Shown here: in pieces, positions 9,577-19,130 of the stretch
How positions within the stretch are numbered: the stretch's first letter is position 1
Layout: each line of letters begins with the position of its first letter
NCBI GenBank assembly: GCA_018266795.1
Contig: JAFDZV010000004.1
Coordinates: 69,273 to 133,272, forward strand
Source of the DNA: Bacteroidota bacterium
GTDB taxonomy: Bacteria; Bacteroidota; Ignavibacteria; OLB7
Direction: 5' to 3'
DNA: 64,000 nt
The notes under the pieces: generated by a model
What the model saw: the letters and a program-made list of their open reading frames with translations, nothing else
What the model was told of the DNA's origin: nothing
Database searches by the model: none
Translations under genes and position numbers: made by a program

Positions 9577-10044
9577 CTACTTCCGCATCTTCGTCACGAT
9601 CTTCCACTCCTCCTCCGTCACCGGCTGCACCGACAGGCGGGAGCCGCGCTGCGTCACCATCATCTTCTCCAGGCCCGGTGTCTCCTTCAGCTCGTTGAGC
9701 GGGATCAGCTCCTTGAACTTCTTCACGAACTTCACATCCACCATCATCCAGATCGGATTCTCCTGCGTGGACTTGGGATCGTAGTGATCGTCCTTCGGGT
9801 CCAGCGCCGTGGCATCGGCGTAGCCCTCGCGCGCTATCTCCGCGATGCCGGCCACGCCGGGGGGCTCCGCGCTCGAGTGATAGAAGAGGACGCCGTCGCC
9901 CGGCTTCATCTCATCGCGCATGTAGTTGCGCGCCTGATAGTTCCGGACGCCGCTCCAGAACGTGGTGCCGTCGCGCTGGAGGTCATCGATGGAGTAGCAG
10001 TCCGGTTCGGATTTGAGGAGCCAGTAGTTCTTCTTCGCGGGCAT
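9577..10044 (-). CDS. EVE domain (PUA-like) protein
   Basis: Start MPAKKNYWLLKSEP; the WLLKSEPD...YSIDDL...GVRNYQARN...PGDGVLFYHS pattern is typical of EVE/thymocyte nuclear protein family. Confidence 0.8.
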   Translation of the reverse strand: MPAKKNYWLLKSEPDCYSIDDLQRDGTTFWSGVRNYQARNYMRDEMKPGDGVLFYHSSAEPPGVAGIAEIAREGYADATALDPKDDHYDPKSTQENPIWMMVDVKFVKKFKELIPLNELKETPGLEKMMVTQRGSRLSVQPVTEEEWKIVTKMRK

Positions 10045-10622
10045 GGTCTCGATGCGGGTTGTTGGAAGGATTGATCGATCGTGGCGGAAACTATGCGGCG
10101 GTTGCGGAATGAGCAAGAGAGGATGCTGTGTGCTGGTGAATTGCGACGCGGCGATTGTGGACGAGCTGCCCGGAGCACCCAACAAAACCAGCCTCTGCCT
10201 GTCTGGCGGCTGCCATCTACAGAGGCTTCGGGCCATACCTCCGAAGCCTGAACCGCATTCGTCATGGCAGTTCGATGCGAATGGTTCCGCCCGTCCTCCA
10301 TGCTGCCGCCTGCCTCAGTCCCGTACCTGCATGCCTTACAAGCCCATACCTCCGGCTTGAGGAGGTGGTGACTCCTCCTGAATGTCCAGCCGATTGCAAC
10401 GTGAATTGCCTGTGCAGGCCCGAAGCCGGAGTGTCGTGAGGAGATGATGCACCATCCCGATGTTACATCCCTCTGCATCGAGCGTAGTTATCATGTGCAT
10501 CCGAATGCCGATGCCCACTGAGAGTTCCCGAGACACCAGGCTGTGCTCCTTGCCTTCCGGCCGCACAGCGGCTGTTGACAGGAACTCCAGCGAAACCCGT
10601 CCCGATCGAAGAGGAAAACATC

Positions 10623-11462
10623 ATGGGGAAGACTATCAATCTCAACGTGCTCGATAATATCGAGATCGCAACTCCCTGCACTGCGAGCTGGGAGGAGATG
10701 ACCGGCAACGACCAGCAGCGCTACTGTTCCCACTGCAGCCTCAACGTCTACAACCTCTCTGCAATGACGCGTGAGGAGGCAGCAGGCATCATCACCGGCG
10801 CCGAGGGACGCGTCTGCGTCCGGCTCTATCGCCGAACCGACGGCACGGTGCTGACGCAGGATTGCCCAACCGGCCTGCGCGCGGCACGCGAGCGCGTCTC
10901 ACGTTCCATCCGGAATGTTGCGGCAACGGTCGTAACTCTGATGGCAGGGATGTTCGGCCTCGGCGCCAGGCAGGCGTGGGCGCAGGGAGGAGTATCGGCA
11001 CGCGTCGTGATGGGAGGAGTGGGGAGGTCCGTACATGTGGAACCGGAGGAACCGAAGAGCCAGAGCGATACGGCCCAGGCGAAGCAGGACACGGGCACGG
11101 TGGACGAACCACGAACGATGATCATGGGAGAGATGGCGATCCGTCCGGTGGAGGCCGCATCGGTGCCGACCAAGATCCAGCCGGCCGTGACCAGGCGGGT
11201 GGCAATCGAACCGGCAGCAGAGCCGATTGCGATCGAGCAGATGCGGCCCAGGCCGTTGAAGCAGGATCTGGATGATCAGGTGCCTGGCGTCGTGGTGGAA
11301 CCTGCGGGCACTCCGGAACCGGAGGTGGAGGAAGCCGTGCCGGTGGATGAGACGCCCCTGGAGGAGCCTGTTCAGGCTGCGGATGGGACACCGGTGGAGG
11401 AGCCGGCGTGTGATCTCGCCGTTCCCGCCGTGGATGCGATCGTCGGGCCGGAGATCAGGTAG
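10623..11462 (+). CDS. hypothetical protein: N-terminal Cys-rich putative zinc-binding domain plus Pro/Glu-rich acidic tail
   Basis: Start MGKTINLNV after GAGGAAAA. CTASWEEM...RYCSHCSLNVYNLSAMTREEA...RVCVR cysteine pattern. C-terminal half is low complexity (PEPEVEEAVPVDETPLEEP). Confidence 0.5.
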   Translation: MGKTINLNVLDNIEIATPCTASWEEMTGNDQQRYCSHCSLNVYNLSAMTREEAAGIITGAEGRVCVRLYRRTDGTVLTQDCPTGLRAARERVSRSIRNVAATVVTLMAGMFGLGARQAWAQGGVSARVVMGGVGRSVHVEPEEPKSQSDTAQAKQDTGTVDEPRTMIMGEMAIRPVEAASVPTKIQPAVTRRVAIEPAAEPIAIEQMRPRPLKQDLDDQVPGVVVEPAGTPEPEVEEAVPVDETPLEEPVQAADGTPVEEPACDLAVPAVDAIVGPEIR

Positions 11463-11601
11463 TCGGCAGGCGCCCGATCTCCTTACTCGAATGAGCGGCG
11501 TGCCGGACGGTGGATGGTAGAGTTGCCCGGATTAGTTTTGCATTACCGCGAACACGACGACGCTCGTTTCCCGGGGACGGACTTCAGCGGACAATGGCCA
11601 C

Positions 11602-11829
11602 ATGAGCAAGCGCAGAAAACAACTTCAGGCGGAGGTCTCAACGTTCGTGCGGCAGTATGCACACAGAGGCTACGCCGGCCATGACCCGAATGATCGGAGA
11701 TACTCCCGGGATGCTCAGAGGCTGGTAAAGCAGATGTCGCCAGAGGAATTCGATGCGTTGGTCAGTGGTGATGCCGATGACACGGCGGAAGGACTCGAGC
11801 GCGAGACTGGTACGACTGACGTTCCGTGA
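11602..11829 (+). CDS. small hypothetical protein (75 aa)
   Basis: ORF only; charged, no recognisable domain. Confidence 0.3.
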   Translation: MSKRRKQLQAEVSTFVRQYAHRGYAGHDPNDRRYSRDAQRLVKQMSPEEFDALVSGDADDTAEGLERETGTTDVP

Positions 11830-11870
11830 TGTAGTCTGCGCAGGGCTGTTCGGTTGGGAATCGATGAGAC

Positions 11871-12287
11871 ATGAGTAAACCGATTGGATCGAACGTGGGT
11901 GAATGGCGTGTTGGACACCAGGGGCGCGACTCGATGTACTACGAGGAGTTCCATGATGGAGAGTGGAGACATCTCCGGCTTGCAGGCGAGATGCTTGTTG
12001 GCACGCCGCATTACGTGATCTACTTCGGCTCCGGGGACGACTGGAAGAAGCAGCCCGCCTGGGCCTGCGACCGTCGCGATGAGATCATCGCCCGGATAAA
12101 GAGCGCATGCCCCATTCCGGACTATCGATACTCGGGCGAAGGAGTGCTGGGCGAGAGTGACTACGCCTATCTCATCGAGGCAGCGGGCGGCCTCGATGAG
12201 ACATTGTGCGCATGGAGAGGCTGCAACGCGCATGCCGTGCACGGTATGTGCCTATGTGTGCGTCATGCATACCGCGATGCATGGTGA
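11871..12287 (+). CDS. hypothetical protein (138 aa)
   Basis: ORF with W/C-rich C-terminus; no recognisable family. Confidence 0.4.
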   Translation: MSKPIGSNVGEWRVGHQGRDSMYYEEFHDGEWRHLRLAGEMLVGTPHYVIYFGSGDDWKKQPAWACDRRDEIIARIKSACPIPDYRYSGEGVLGESDYAYLIEAAGGLDETLCAWRGCNAHAVHGMCLCVRHAYRDAW

Positions 12288-12571
12288 ATGCTGTGCGTTG
12301 GTTGGGAGGCCGTTCTTCACGACGACATGCACATCCCTCAGGAATCAACCATCGAGCGTTCGAGGATGCATGGAAGATATCATCCAGCGGCCTTCGCTAT
12401 CGGGGGGATGGTCCGCTCCTTTTGGAGCTTGAAGATTCTCGGCAGGGACCGAAAGCTACCGATGGGCGCCCCCACCGGTGCCGATCAACGACGGCATGCC
12501 ATCGCCACGGTGTCGCACCATACCTGATTGAACAACGTCGAGCTAAGTCAAACTTGGAAGGAGAGCCATCG

Positions 12572-12976
12572 ATGAGCATCGAGGTACGTGGAGTTTGCAC
12601 ATTGCTGCAGGTGTTCGACATGCCGGCATCGGTCTGCTTCTATCGGGACGTGCTCGGATTTGAAGTCGTCTCCACGTCGCCGCGTGACGGGGATCAATTC
12701 GATTGGGGGGTGCTGCGGCTGGGAGACGCGGAGCTCATGCTCAATACCGCGTACGAACAATCTGATCGTCCCGCCGGGCCGGATGCAGGCCGGGCAGCCG
12801 CGCACGCGGACACGACGCTCTACTTCGGCTGTCCGGACGTCGATGCCGCGTATCGTCATCTGAAATCCCATGGGATCGACGTGAAGCCACCAACAGTTGC
12901 GCCCTACGGCATGAAGCAGCTATATGTCAACGATCCCGACGGATACGTCCTCTGCTTTCAATGGCCGGCGGCATGA
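12572..12976 (+). CDS. VOC (glyoxalase/bleomycin-resistance) family protein
   Basis: GGAAGGAG RBS then ATG (MSIEVRGVCTLLQV). betaalphabetabetabeta pattern with FYRDVLGFEVV and LYVNDPDGYVLCF. Confidence 0.8.
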   Translation: MSIEVRGVCTLLQVFDMPASVCFYRDVLGFEVVSTSPRDGDQFDWGVLRLGDAELMLNTAYEQSDRPAGPDAGRAAAHADTTLYFGCPDVDAAYRHLKSHGIDVKPPTVAPYGMKQLYVNDPDGYVLCFQWPAA

Positions 12977-13292
12977 CAGCGGCATGCCGGCGTCATGCCT
13001 CGTTGCGGCAGCGCTGCCTGCCGTTGATGCCGGGCGTCAGGCGTCTGAACCACATTGCTTCCTGCTTCTGCGCTTCATGTTGGAGTATGCTGCCCGGTTG
13101 TTCTGCGACGAGTAGCGCGCCATCCGGCGATACACAGGCGTACGCGCCGCCATCCCATCACATCGGCGATACTGTCTGCACGTAATATTCCCGGCCCCAC
13201 TTGCCGGAACAGCCGCACGTGCGTTATGTTGCCGTTATCCCCGCCCTCCTACCCCCTCGACGAAACACTCAAACCAACGAGAGAGGAACACA

Positions 13293-14174
13293 ATGTCCAG
13301 TACCCGTATCGCGCTGTACATCGGCAATGAGATGTATCCCGGCTCCGGCTCCGGCTCAGATCCTGCCTCCACCATCAAGACCCTGCAGGGGAGCCCGCTC
13401 ACCAGCCCCATTCTCAGCCTCCTGAATCAAAGCGCTCAGAACCCCAGCCAGTTGGTCTACAACGATGCCTCGAATCCCGTCTTCGATACCTCCGGCAGTT
13501 ACATCGGCAGCAGCGATTGGGCCGGCGATATCTCGAGTCTGCGGAACGGCGGGAACATCCAGGAGATCTATCTCTCCTTCTCCACCAACGGCACGGAGTA
13601 CATGGCCGATCTGATCGGGAGCAACCCGACCGCCGCGGCCAGCATCCTTTCGTACATCAAGAACAACCTTGCGTTCGACGGCGTGGATCTGGATTACGAG
13701 GGGGGGGACTTCTCCTCCTCCTCTCCGATGTACATCCTCGCCAAGGCGGCCGTCGCTGCCGGGCTCAACGTCACCGCGGCTCCGTATTACGACAAGTCCG
13801 GCTGGGCGTCCTGGGTCAGCTACGTGCAGGGGCTTGGCGGGACCGTGGCCTGGCTGAACCTGCAGTGTTACGCCGGGGGAAAGTCCAACAACCCGGGGAC
13901 CTGGCTGGGCATGGGGAACCCGAACGTCCCGATCGTTGGTGGCAGTTGCAAGAGCTGCGGCGGGCCGCAGACCACCTGCTCACCGGACGACATGCAGAAG
14001 CTCTTCACGCTCTGGCGGACGGGGCAGGGATCGGTCTCGCAGATGTGCTGGTCCGGCGTGCCGAACACGCACCCACAGAATATCGGCGGCGGGTTCATCT
14101 GGGCCTACTCCAGTATCGCGGGAGCGCAGTTCATGGATTATATGAACGCCATGGCGACGGGATTGGGTGTGTAG
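13293..14174 (+). CDS. GH18 family, class III (hevamine-like) chitinase-like protein, paralog 2
   Basis: IALYIGNEMY (like IAIYWGQN), FDGVDLDYEGG (DxxDxDxE), NLQCYAGG and GGGFIWAYSS shared with paralog 1. No signal peptide. Confidence 0.7.
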   Translation: MSSTRIALYIGNEMYPGSGSGSDPASTIKTLQGSPLTSPILSLLNQSAQNPSQLVYNDASNPVFDTSGSYIGSSDWAGDISSLRNGGNIQEIYLSFSTNGTEYMADLIGSNPTAAASILSYIKNNLAFDGVDLDYEGGDFSSSSPMYILAKAAVAAGLNVTAAPYYDKSGWASWVSYVQGLGGTVAWLNLQCYAGGKSNNPGTWLGMGNPNVPIVGGSCKSCGGPQTTCSPDDMQKLFTLWRTGQGSVSQMCWSGVPNTHPQNIGGGFIWAYSSIAGAQFMDYMNAMATGLGV

Positions 14175-14269
14175 AGGCTTCTACTGTGGATCGCTGCAAG
14201 GGTCTGTAGGCAAAGGATTGCCGGCCGTTGTTGGCAGAAGCTCTGGTGGTGGCGTCATCAGAGAACCAT

Positions 14270-14960
14270 AGAGTACGTCGCCATGAGGCGACGTACTCTA
14301 TGAATGCCCGCGCAGCCATAGAGGAGGAAACGTCGATAGCCCCGATTGAAAGATCGGGGTGCCAGCATATCACAATAACGCAGCCCTGGAAGGGCGGAAG
14401 TACCGGAGGTCGTAATGCCGCAATCATACACCGGTCTGTACTACCACATCATTTTCAGCACAAAGAATCGTCGGCCGCTGATCGCCTCCGACATAGCACC
14501 ACGACTGTATGAGTACATTGGAGGCATCGTCAGAAACAACGATGGTGCATTGATTGCCGCCGGAGGCACCGAGGATCACATCCACCTGCTTGCAATTCTA
14601 TCGAGGCAGCAATCGGTCTCCGATGCCCTCCGCATCATCAAGACCAATTCGTCGAGCTGGATTCACAAAGCGCTCACCGTCGAACATCCGTTCGCCTGGC
14701 AACATGGGTATGGAGCATTCACCGTGAGCGCATCGGTCGTCGATCGTGTAAAACACTACATCGCCAACCAGCACGAGCACCACCGGACCATGACGTTTCA
14801 GAAGGAGTTCCTCCGGTTTCTGCGTGAGTACAATGTGCCGTACGACAAGCGCTATGTGTGGGAGTGAATCGACTTTCGCCCTTCAGGGCTCGGGATTGCA
14901 TCGGGCGCACATTTCCGGGGGCTTGCGCCCCCGGCTAGCAACTGTCGCCCTTCAAGGGCT
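14270..14960 (+). mobile_element. IS200/IS605-family Y1 transposase (RAYT-like) unit flanked by REP-like palindromes
   Basis: Perfect palindrome AGAGTACGTCGCC-atga-GGCGACGTACTCT (14270-14299). GCCCT-n-AGGGC hairpins upstream (14383-14395) and downstream (14877-14888, 14946-14958), plus CCGGGGG-cttgcg-CCCCCGG (14913-14932), around the tnpA-like gene. Confidence 0.6.
14415..14867 (+). CDS. tnpA: IS200/IS605-family (HUH Y1) transposase, REP-associated tyrosine transposase-like
   Basis: 150 aa; HUH motif DHIHLLA; catalytic Tyr region YIANQ; N-terminal YHIIFSTKNRRP is typical of TnpA_IS200/RAYT. Confidence 0.85.
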   Translation: MPQSYTGLYYHIIFSTKNRRPLIASDIAPRLYEYIGGIVRNNDGALIAAGGTEDHIHLLAILSRQQSVSDALRIIKTNSSSWIHKALTVEHPFAWQHGYGAFTVSASVVDRVKHYIANQHEHHRTMTFQKEFLRFLREYNVPYDKRYVWE

Positions 14961-15039
14961 CCACGGATACCGGAGGTGCATTCGAAGACGACGGAAGCGT
15001 TCCTGCACGACGCCAATGCTGATGCCGTCACTGTTGCTC

Positions 15040-15235
15040 CCGCTCGCATGCTCCGCATGGAAATAATTGCCTCCGTCGAGCGGCACGCGCTGCGAAGTAT
15101 ATTCGCCGCAATCGACGTTTGCTCGTGTGGAGTTTCGGAACCGCATCGGTGTTGTACGGTGCGGCGTGCCGTGCGGGAATTGCGCGCGGGAGAGTGCGGG
15201 TAGCTACGTTGGTATACGCCACGTGCGGCACCTAC
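15040..15235 (+). repeat. dispersed repeat family B, copy 1
   Basis: gaagtatattcgccgcaatcgacgtttgctcgtgtggagtttcggaaccgcatcggtgttgtacggtgcggcgt... is about 75-80% identical to 18960-19125. It also yields similar antisense peptides in the ORF track (AAPYNTDAVPKLHTSKRRLRRIYF versus AATYNTEAVPKPRGSKRQLTRIYL). Confidence 0.7.
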
Positions 15236-15269
15236 CAGGCATTACCAGTGAAGCGAGGGAAGGAAGGAT

Positions 15270-15710
15270 ATGGCGCTTAAACGGATGGACAACGTCCTCA
15301 TCGTTGTCGACGATCTCGAAGCCGTCAAGGCGTTCTTCATCGAACTGGGCCTCGAGCTCGAGGGGGAGACGACAGTCGAAGGGCCTTTGGTCGGGAGCCT
15401 GATCGGGCTCGAGGATGTCCGGGCCACTCTCGCGATGATGCGGACTCCCGATGGGCAGGGCATTGAGCTGGACAAGTTCCACACGCCCGACGCGATCAGG
15501 TTCGGGCCGGTGGACGCGCCGGTGAATACGCTGGGCATCCGTCGCATCATGTTCGCCGTCGCCGACATCGAGGGCGTCGTTGCACGCATGCGCGCGCATG
15601 GGGCCGAGCTCATTGGCGAAATGCAGTACGGGGATGCGTACCGGCTGGCCTACATTCGCGGGCCTGAGGGCATCATTGTTGCGCTTGCCGAGCAGCTGGC
15701 TACGGCGTGA
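15270..15710 (+). CDS. VOC (glyoxalase/bleomycin-resistance) family protein
   Basis: MDNVLIVVDDLEAVKAFF...GIRRIMFAVADIEG pattern typical of the glyoxalase I-like fold. Confidence 0.8.
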   Translation: MALKRMDNVLIVVDDLEAVKAFFIELGLELEGETTVEGPLVGSLIGLEDVRATLAMMRTPDGQGIELDKFHTPDAIRFGPVDAPVNTLGIRRIMFAVADIEGVVARMRAHGAELIGEMQYGDAYRLAYIRGPEGIIVALAEQLATA

Positions 15711-15884
15711 CCGGAAGCAAGCGGGACTCGGGTTGGCAACCGTCCGTTCACCGGCGTATGACAAGTTGCTCGAGCAGACCGTTCGGTTTTGCCTCGCGGC
15801 GGCTCAACTCAACCGTTGGGCAGACCACACATATCACATGATGTCGAGGCCCGGGTGTCGACACCCCGGAACACGGAGACTCAC

Positions 15885-16145
15885 ATGAGAACGCTGACGA
15901 TCATCGAACATATCTCGCCGGACGGCGTGACCCAGGTCTCCTGCGCAAACGGCTCGTTCTCCCACGGCGACCGGGACGCAATGATTGCCGCGCATGGCGA
16001 GCGCTTCGATCGGTTGCCCGGCTGTCGGGCCTGCGATACCCGGTCGGGCCGGTGGCCGAAGGCGCCGGGCAGTCCGATTGCGGACCGCCTCGATGCGGCG
16101 GCAGGGGGTATCGGGGCCCACCATATCGCAACCGTGCCGGCATGA
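15885..16145 (+). CDS. small ORF / possible remnant encoding a DHFR-family (RibD_C-like) N-terminus, translationally coupled to the sigma factor gene
   Basis: GGAGA RBS then ATG (MRTLTIIEHISPDGVTQV), resembling RibD_C-type N-termini. Stop TGA overlaps the sigma factor ATG (ATGA). A related nucleotide copy lies at 17895-18000. Confidence 0.3.
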   Translation: MRTLTIIEHISPDGVTQVSCANGSFSHGDRDAMIAAHGERFDRLPGCRACDTRSGRWPKAPGSPIADRLDAAAGGIGAHHIATVPA

Positions 16146-17437
16146 GGGATGTGACGAAGACGATCGAGGCCGTGTGGAGGATCGAGTCCACCCGGCTCAT
16201 CGCCGCGATTGCGCGCGTCACCCGCGACGTCGGCGTTGCCGAGGAGCTGGCCCAGGACGCCTTTGTGATCGCGCTGGAACTCTGGCCCGACGAGGGAGTC
16301 CCCGAAAATCCAGGAGCATGGCTCATGAAGGCGGCGAAGCGGCGTGCCATCGATTGGCTGCGGCGCGGTCGCATGATCGTGCAGAAGCACGGAGAGATTG
16401 CACGCGAACTGGAATGGCAACAGCAGCGGCTTGGAGACGCGCTGGAGCAGTCGCTGGATCAGGTGATCGATGACGATGTGCTGCGGCTCATGTTCACCGC
16501 GTGCCATCCGGTGCTGCCGGTGGAAGGACGCATCGCGCTCACGCTGCGGCTGCTCGGCGGCCTCACCACGACGGAGATCGCCCGCGCCTGGCTTGTACCC
16601 GAGAAGACGATGGGGCAGCGGATCTTTCGTGCCAAGAAGAAGCTCTCCGAAGCCAGCATCCCGTTCGAGACGCCGTCCGGAGACGAGCTGCGCCGCAGGG
16701 TGGAGTCCGTGCTGCTGGTGGTCTATCTGATTTTCAATGAGGGTTACGCCGCGACATCGGGAGAGGAGTGGATGCGGGCTGCACTTTCCGACGAGGCGCT
16801 GCGACTCGGCCGCATGCTGGCGCAGCTGCTCCCCGACGAATCCGAAGTTCACGCGCTTCTTGCGCTGATGGAGTTGCAGGCGTCGCGCACTGCTGCGCGT
16901 CGAGGAAAAGAGGGCGAAGCAGTGCTGTTGCCGCACCAGAACCGATCCCTGTGGGACTACATGCAGATCCAGCGGGGGATGAGCGCGCTCGAACGGGCGC
17001 AACGGCTGGGCGGCGGCGCGAAACCCTACGCGTTGCAGGCAGCCATTGCCGCATGTCATATGCGCGCCCGCACCGCCGAAGAGACGGACTGGGGCCGCAT
17101 CGTCCTGCTCTACGATGCCCTGCTGCAGCTCAATCCATCGCCGATCGTGGCACTCAATCGCGCGGTCGCTGTCGGCATGGCACAGGGTCCGGCCGCGGGA
17201 CTCGACGCGCTCGACGCAGCCGCCACACTCGCCGGCGACTCCGCGCGGGCCGGCTATCATCTCTTTCCCAGCGTTCGCGGAGACCTGCTGATGAAGATGG
17301 GGAGGCTCTCCGAGGCGCGTGAAGAAATCCAACGGGCCATCGCGATGACCAGGAATCTGCGGGAACGGGAACTGCTCGAGAACAGACTGAAGCAGTTGGA
17401 GAATCCCGACAATAAAAATTTCCCCGGCGGCTTGTAG
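16142..17437 (+). CDS. ECF sigma factor with C-terminal TPR-like extension (ECF42-type)
   Basis: Sigma-70 region 2 (VAEELAQDAFVIALELW) and region 4 (LTTTEIARAWLVPEKTMGQRIFRAKKKL), then a ~250-aa helical extension. A DGPF/YCII gene follows immediately, matching the known ECF42 neighbourhood. Confidence 0.85.
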   Translation: MRDVTKTIEAVWRIESTRLIAAIARVTRDVGVAEELAQDAFVIALELWPDEGVPENPGAWLMKAAKRRAIDWLRRGRMIVQKHGEIARELEWQQQRLGDALEQSLDQVIDDDVLRLMFTACHPVLPVEGRIALTLRLLGGLTTTEIARAWLVPEKTMGQRIFRAKKKLSEASIPFETPSGDELRRRVESVLLVVYLIFNEGYAATSGEEWMRAALSDEALRLGRMLAQLLPDESEVHALLALMELQASRTAARRGKEGEAVLLPHQNRSLWDYMQIQRGMSALERAQRLGGGAKPYALQAAIAACHMRARTAEETDWGRIVLLYDALLQLNPSPIVALNRAVAVGMAQGPAAGLDALDAAATLAGDSARAGYHLFPSVRGDLLMKMGRLSEAREEIQRAIAMTRNLRERELLENRLKQLENPDNKNFPGGL

Positions 17438-17512
17438 AATTCCGGTCCGGCCGTTCGTTGTGTTGTGACGGCGGGTAGGGAACCCGCCGGAAGGATTACT
17501 ACAGGAGAAAAC

Positions 17513-17878
17513 ATGCCGCATTATCTGATCTCGGGTCATCTCCCGGACAACTTCGATCCCTCCACGATAACTGAAACGATGGTCAGCGACATCCACGCGC
17601 TCAACGCAGAGATGGATGCCGCCGGCATCAGGCTGTTCGCCGGCGGATTGGAACCCGCCGGCATGGCGAAGACGCTCCGCGTGCAGACTAACGGTGAAGT
17701 GATCGTTACCGACGGCCCATACCTCGAGGCCAGGGAGCACGTCGGTGGGCTCACGGTGATCGAAGCCGCCGACATGGAGGAGGCGCTTGCGTGGGCACGC
17801 AAGGCCGTCGCTTCCAGTCGAATGCCGGCCGAGGTGCGAGGAATCTTCTACGTCCCGCGCCCTGGTCTCGAGGCGTAG
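17513..17878 (+). CDS. YCII-related / DGPF domain protein
   Basis: AGGAGAAAA RBS then ATG (MPHYLISGHLPD); TDGPYLEAREHVGG motif (DGPF/Y); 121 aa. Confidence 0.85.
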   Translation: MPHYLISGHLPDNFDPSTITETMVSDIHALNAEMDAAGIRLFAGGLEPAGMAKTLRVQTNGEVIVTDGPYLEAREHVGGLTVIEAADMEEALAWARKAVASSRMPAEVRGIFYVPRPGLEA

Positions 17879-18049
17879 AAGAGGCGAACCCGCCGAGGGA
17901 ACCCTCAGAATCATTGAACACATCCCACCGGACGGCCTGATACAGGTCTCCGGCTGCCATACCGATGTGCCGAAGGCGATTGAGGCCGCGTGGAAGACCA
18001 GAGTCCACACGGCCCATCGCCGTTTGGCGCATCCCTTCAGGAGCACGTC

Positions 18050-18601
18050 ATGCAACCCCTTCGATATTCCATCAACATCACGTTGGACGGCTGCTGTGAT
18101 CACCGCGTGGGCATCGCGGACGAAGACATCCATCGTCACGCGGTGGAAAACATCGCCCGGGCCGATGCCCTTCTCTTCGGCCGGGTGATCTACGAAATGA
18201 TGGAAGAAGCGTGGCGGCTCGCGACGCGGACAGTGACGATGCCTGAGTGGACGGAACCCTTCGCCCGGACGATCGATGCTGCAAAGAAGTACGTTGTGTC
18301 GAACACGCTGGAGAGCGTCGACTGGAACGCGGAACTCATACGCGGTGATCTGGCCACGGCCGTCCGGCAGCTCAAGCAACAGCCCGGGAGGGGACTGCTC
18401 ACCGGAGGTGTAAAGCTCCCTTTGGCGTTGGCGGAGCTGGGGCTGATCGACGAGTACGAGTTCGTGGTGCACCCCCGGCTCGTGGGCCACGGGCCGACGT
18501 TGTTCGCGGGGCTCTCGAAGCATGTGGACCTGAAGCTTGTGAGCCGGCTGGAGTTCGGCTCGGGGGCGGTGGCAATGCGGTATGAGCCGCGCAGGTGGTA
18601 G
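18050..18601 (+). CDS. dihydrofolate reductase family protein (RibD C-terminal domain-like)
   Basis: AGGAG RBS then ATG (MQPLRYSINITLDG); LLFGRVIYEMM...LLTGGVKLP...YEFVVHPRLVGHG pattern of the RibD_C/YwjB family. Confidence 0.8.
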   Translation: MQPLRYSINITLDGCCDHRVGIADEDIHRHAVENIARADALLFGRVIYEMMEEAWRLATRTVTMPEWTEPFARTIDAAKKYVVSNTLESVDWNAELIRGDLATAVRQLKQQPGRGLLTGGVKLPLALAELGLIDEYEFVVHPRLVGHGPTLFAGLSKHVDLKLVSRLEFGSGAVAMRYEPRRW

Positions 18602-18959
18602 TGACTCAGTTTGCCGGAGCCTGTGCGCCGAATGGTTCGCACCTTTTGGTGCTTGTTCACGTTGGGCGTGTGCATGCTACCGACGGTTCGCGCCTGACGG
18701 CGCTTGCGATACCCTGCACTGGTGCAGCCGGTCATGCCATCGAGCCGCGTAGCGGCGCCCCCTCGGTAGCATAGAAGCGTATGGAGTCTTCAAGCTCCAG
18801 CGGAGCGGCCCGGGTCCTGCATGCAGGCACAGGCTGCTCACATCGAAAGGCACAATGAGCCACTACCGGACGGTAGCCGACGAACGTGCAGCCCGGGTCC
18901 GGCGCGGGATGTGCGCCGGCTCTTCAGAAGGCGATCCGCCCGATGACGCATTCGCACCG

Positions 18960-19125
18960 GCTATGCGTTCGGGCTTCGTCGCCCTGCGGCTCCATGCCGT
19001 GAGGTATATTCGCGTCAATTGACGCTTGCTCCCGCGGGGTTTCGGAACGGCCTCGGTGTTGTACGTTGCGGCGTTTCGTGGGGGGTGTATGCGGAACGTT
19101 GCAGCTTGGTATGTAGTTACGTCCT
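18960..19125 (+). repeat. dispersed repeat family B, copy 2
   Basis: gaggtatattcgcgtcaattgacgcttgctcccgcggggtttcggaacggcctcggtgttgtacgttgcggcgt...cgttgcagcttggtatgtagttacg is similar to copy 1. Its last 30 bp recur at 19745-19770. Confidence 0.7.
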
Positions 19126-19130
19126 TTTGC

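Noticed and set aside
15881-18523. 880-aa minus-strand ORF spanning the sigma factor / YCII / DHFR region
   Set aside because: Plus-strand genes here have clear family signatures, RBSs and coupled starts. Long antisense ORFs are expected in 65-70% GC DNA and show low-complexity R/G/P/A-rich translation.
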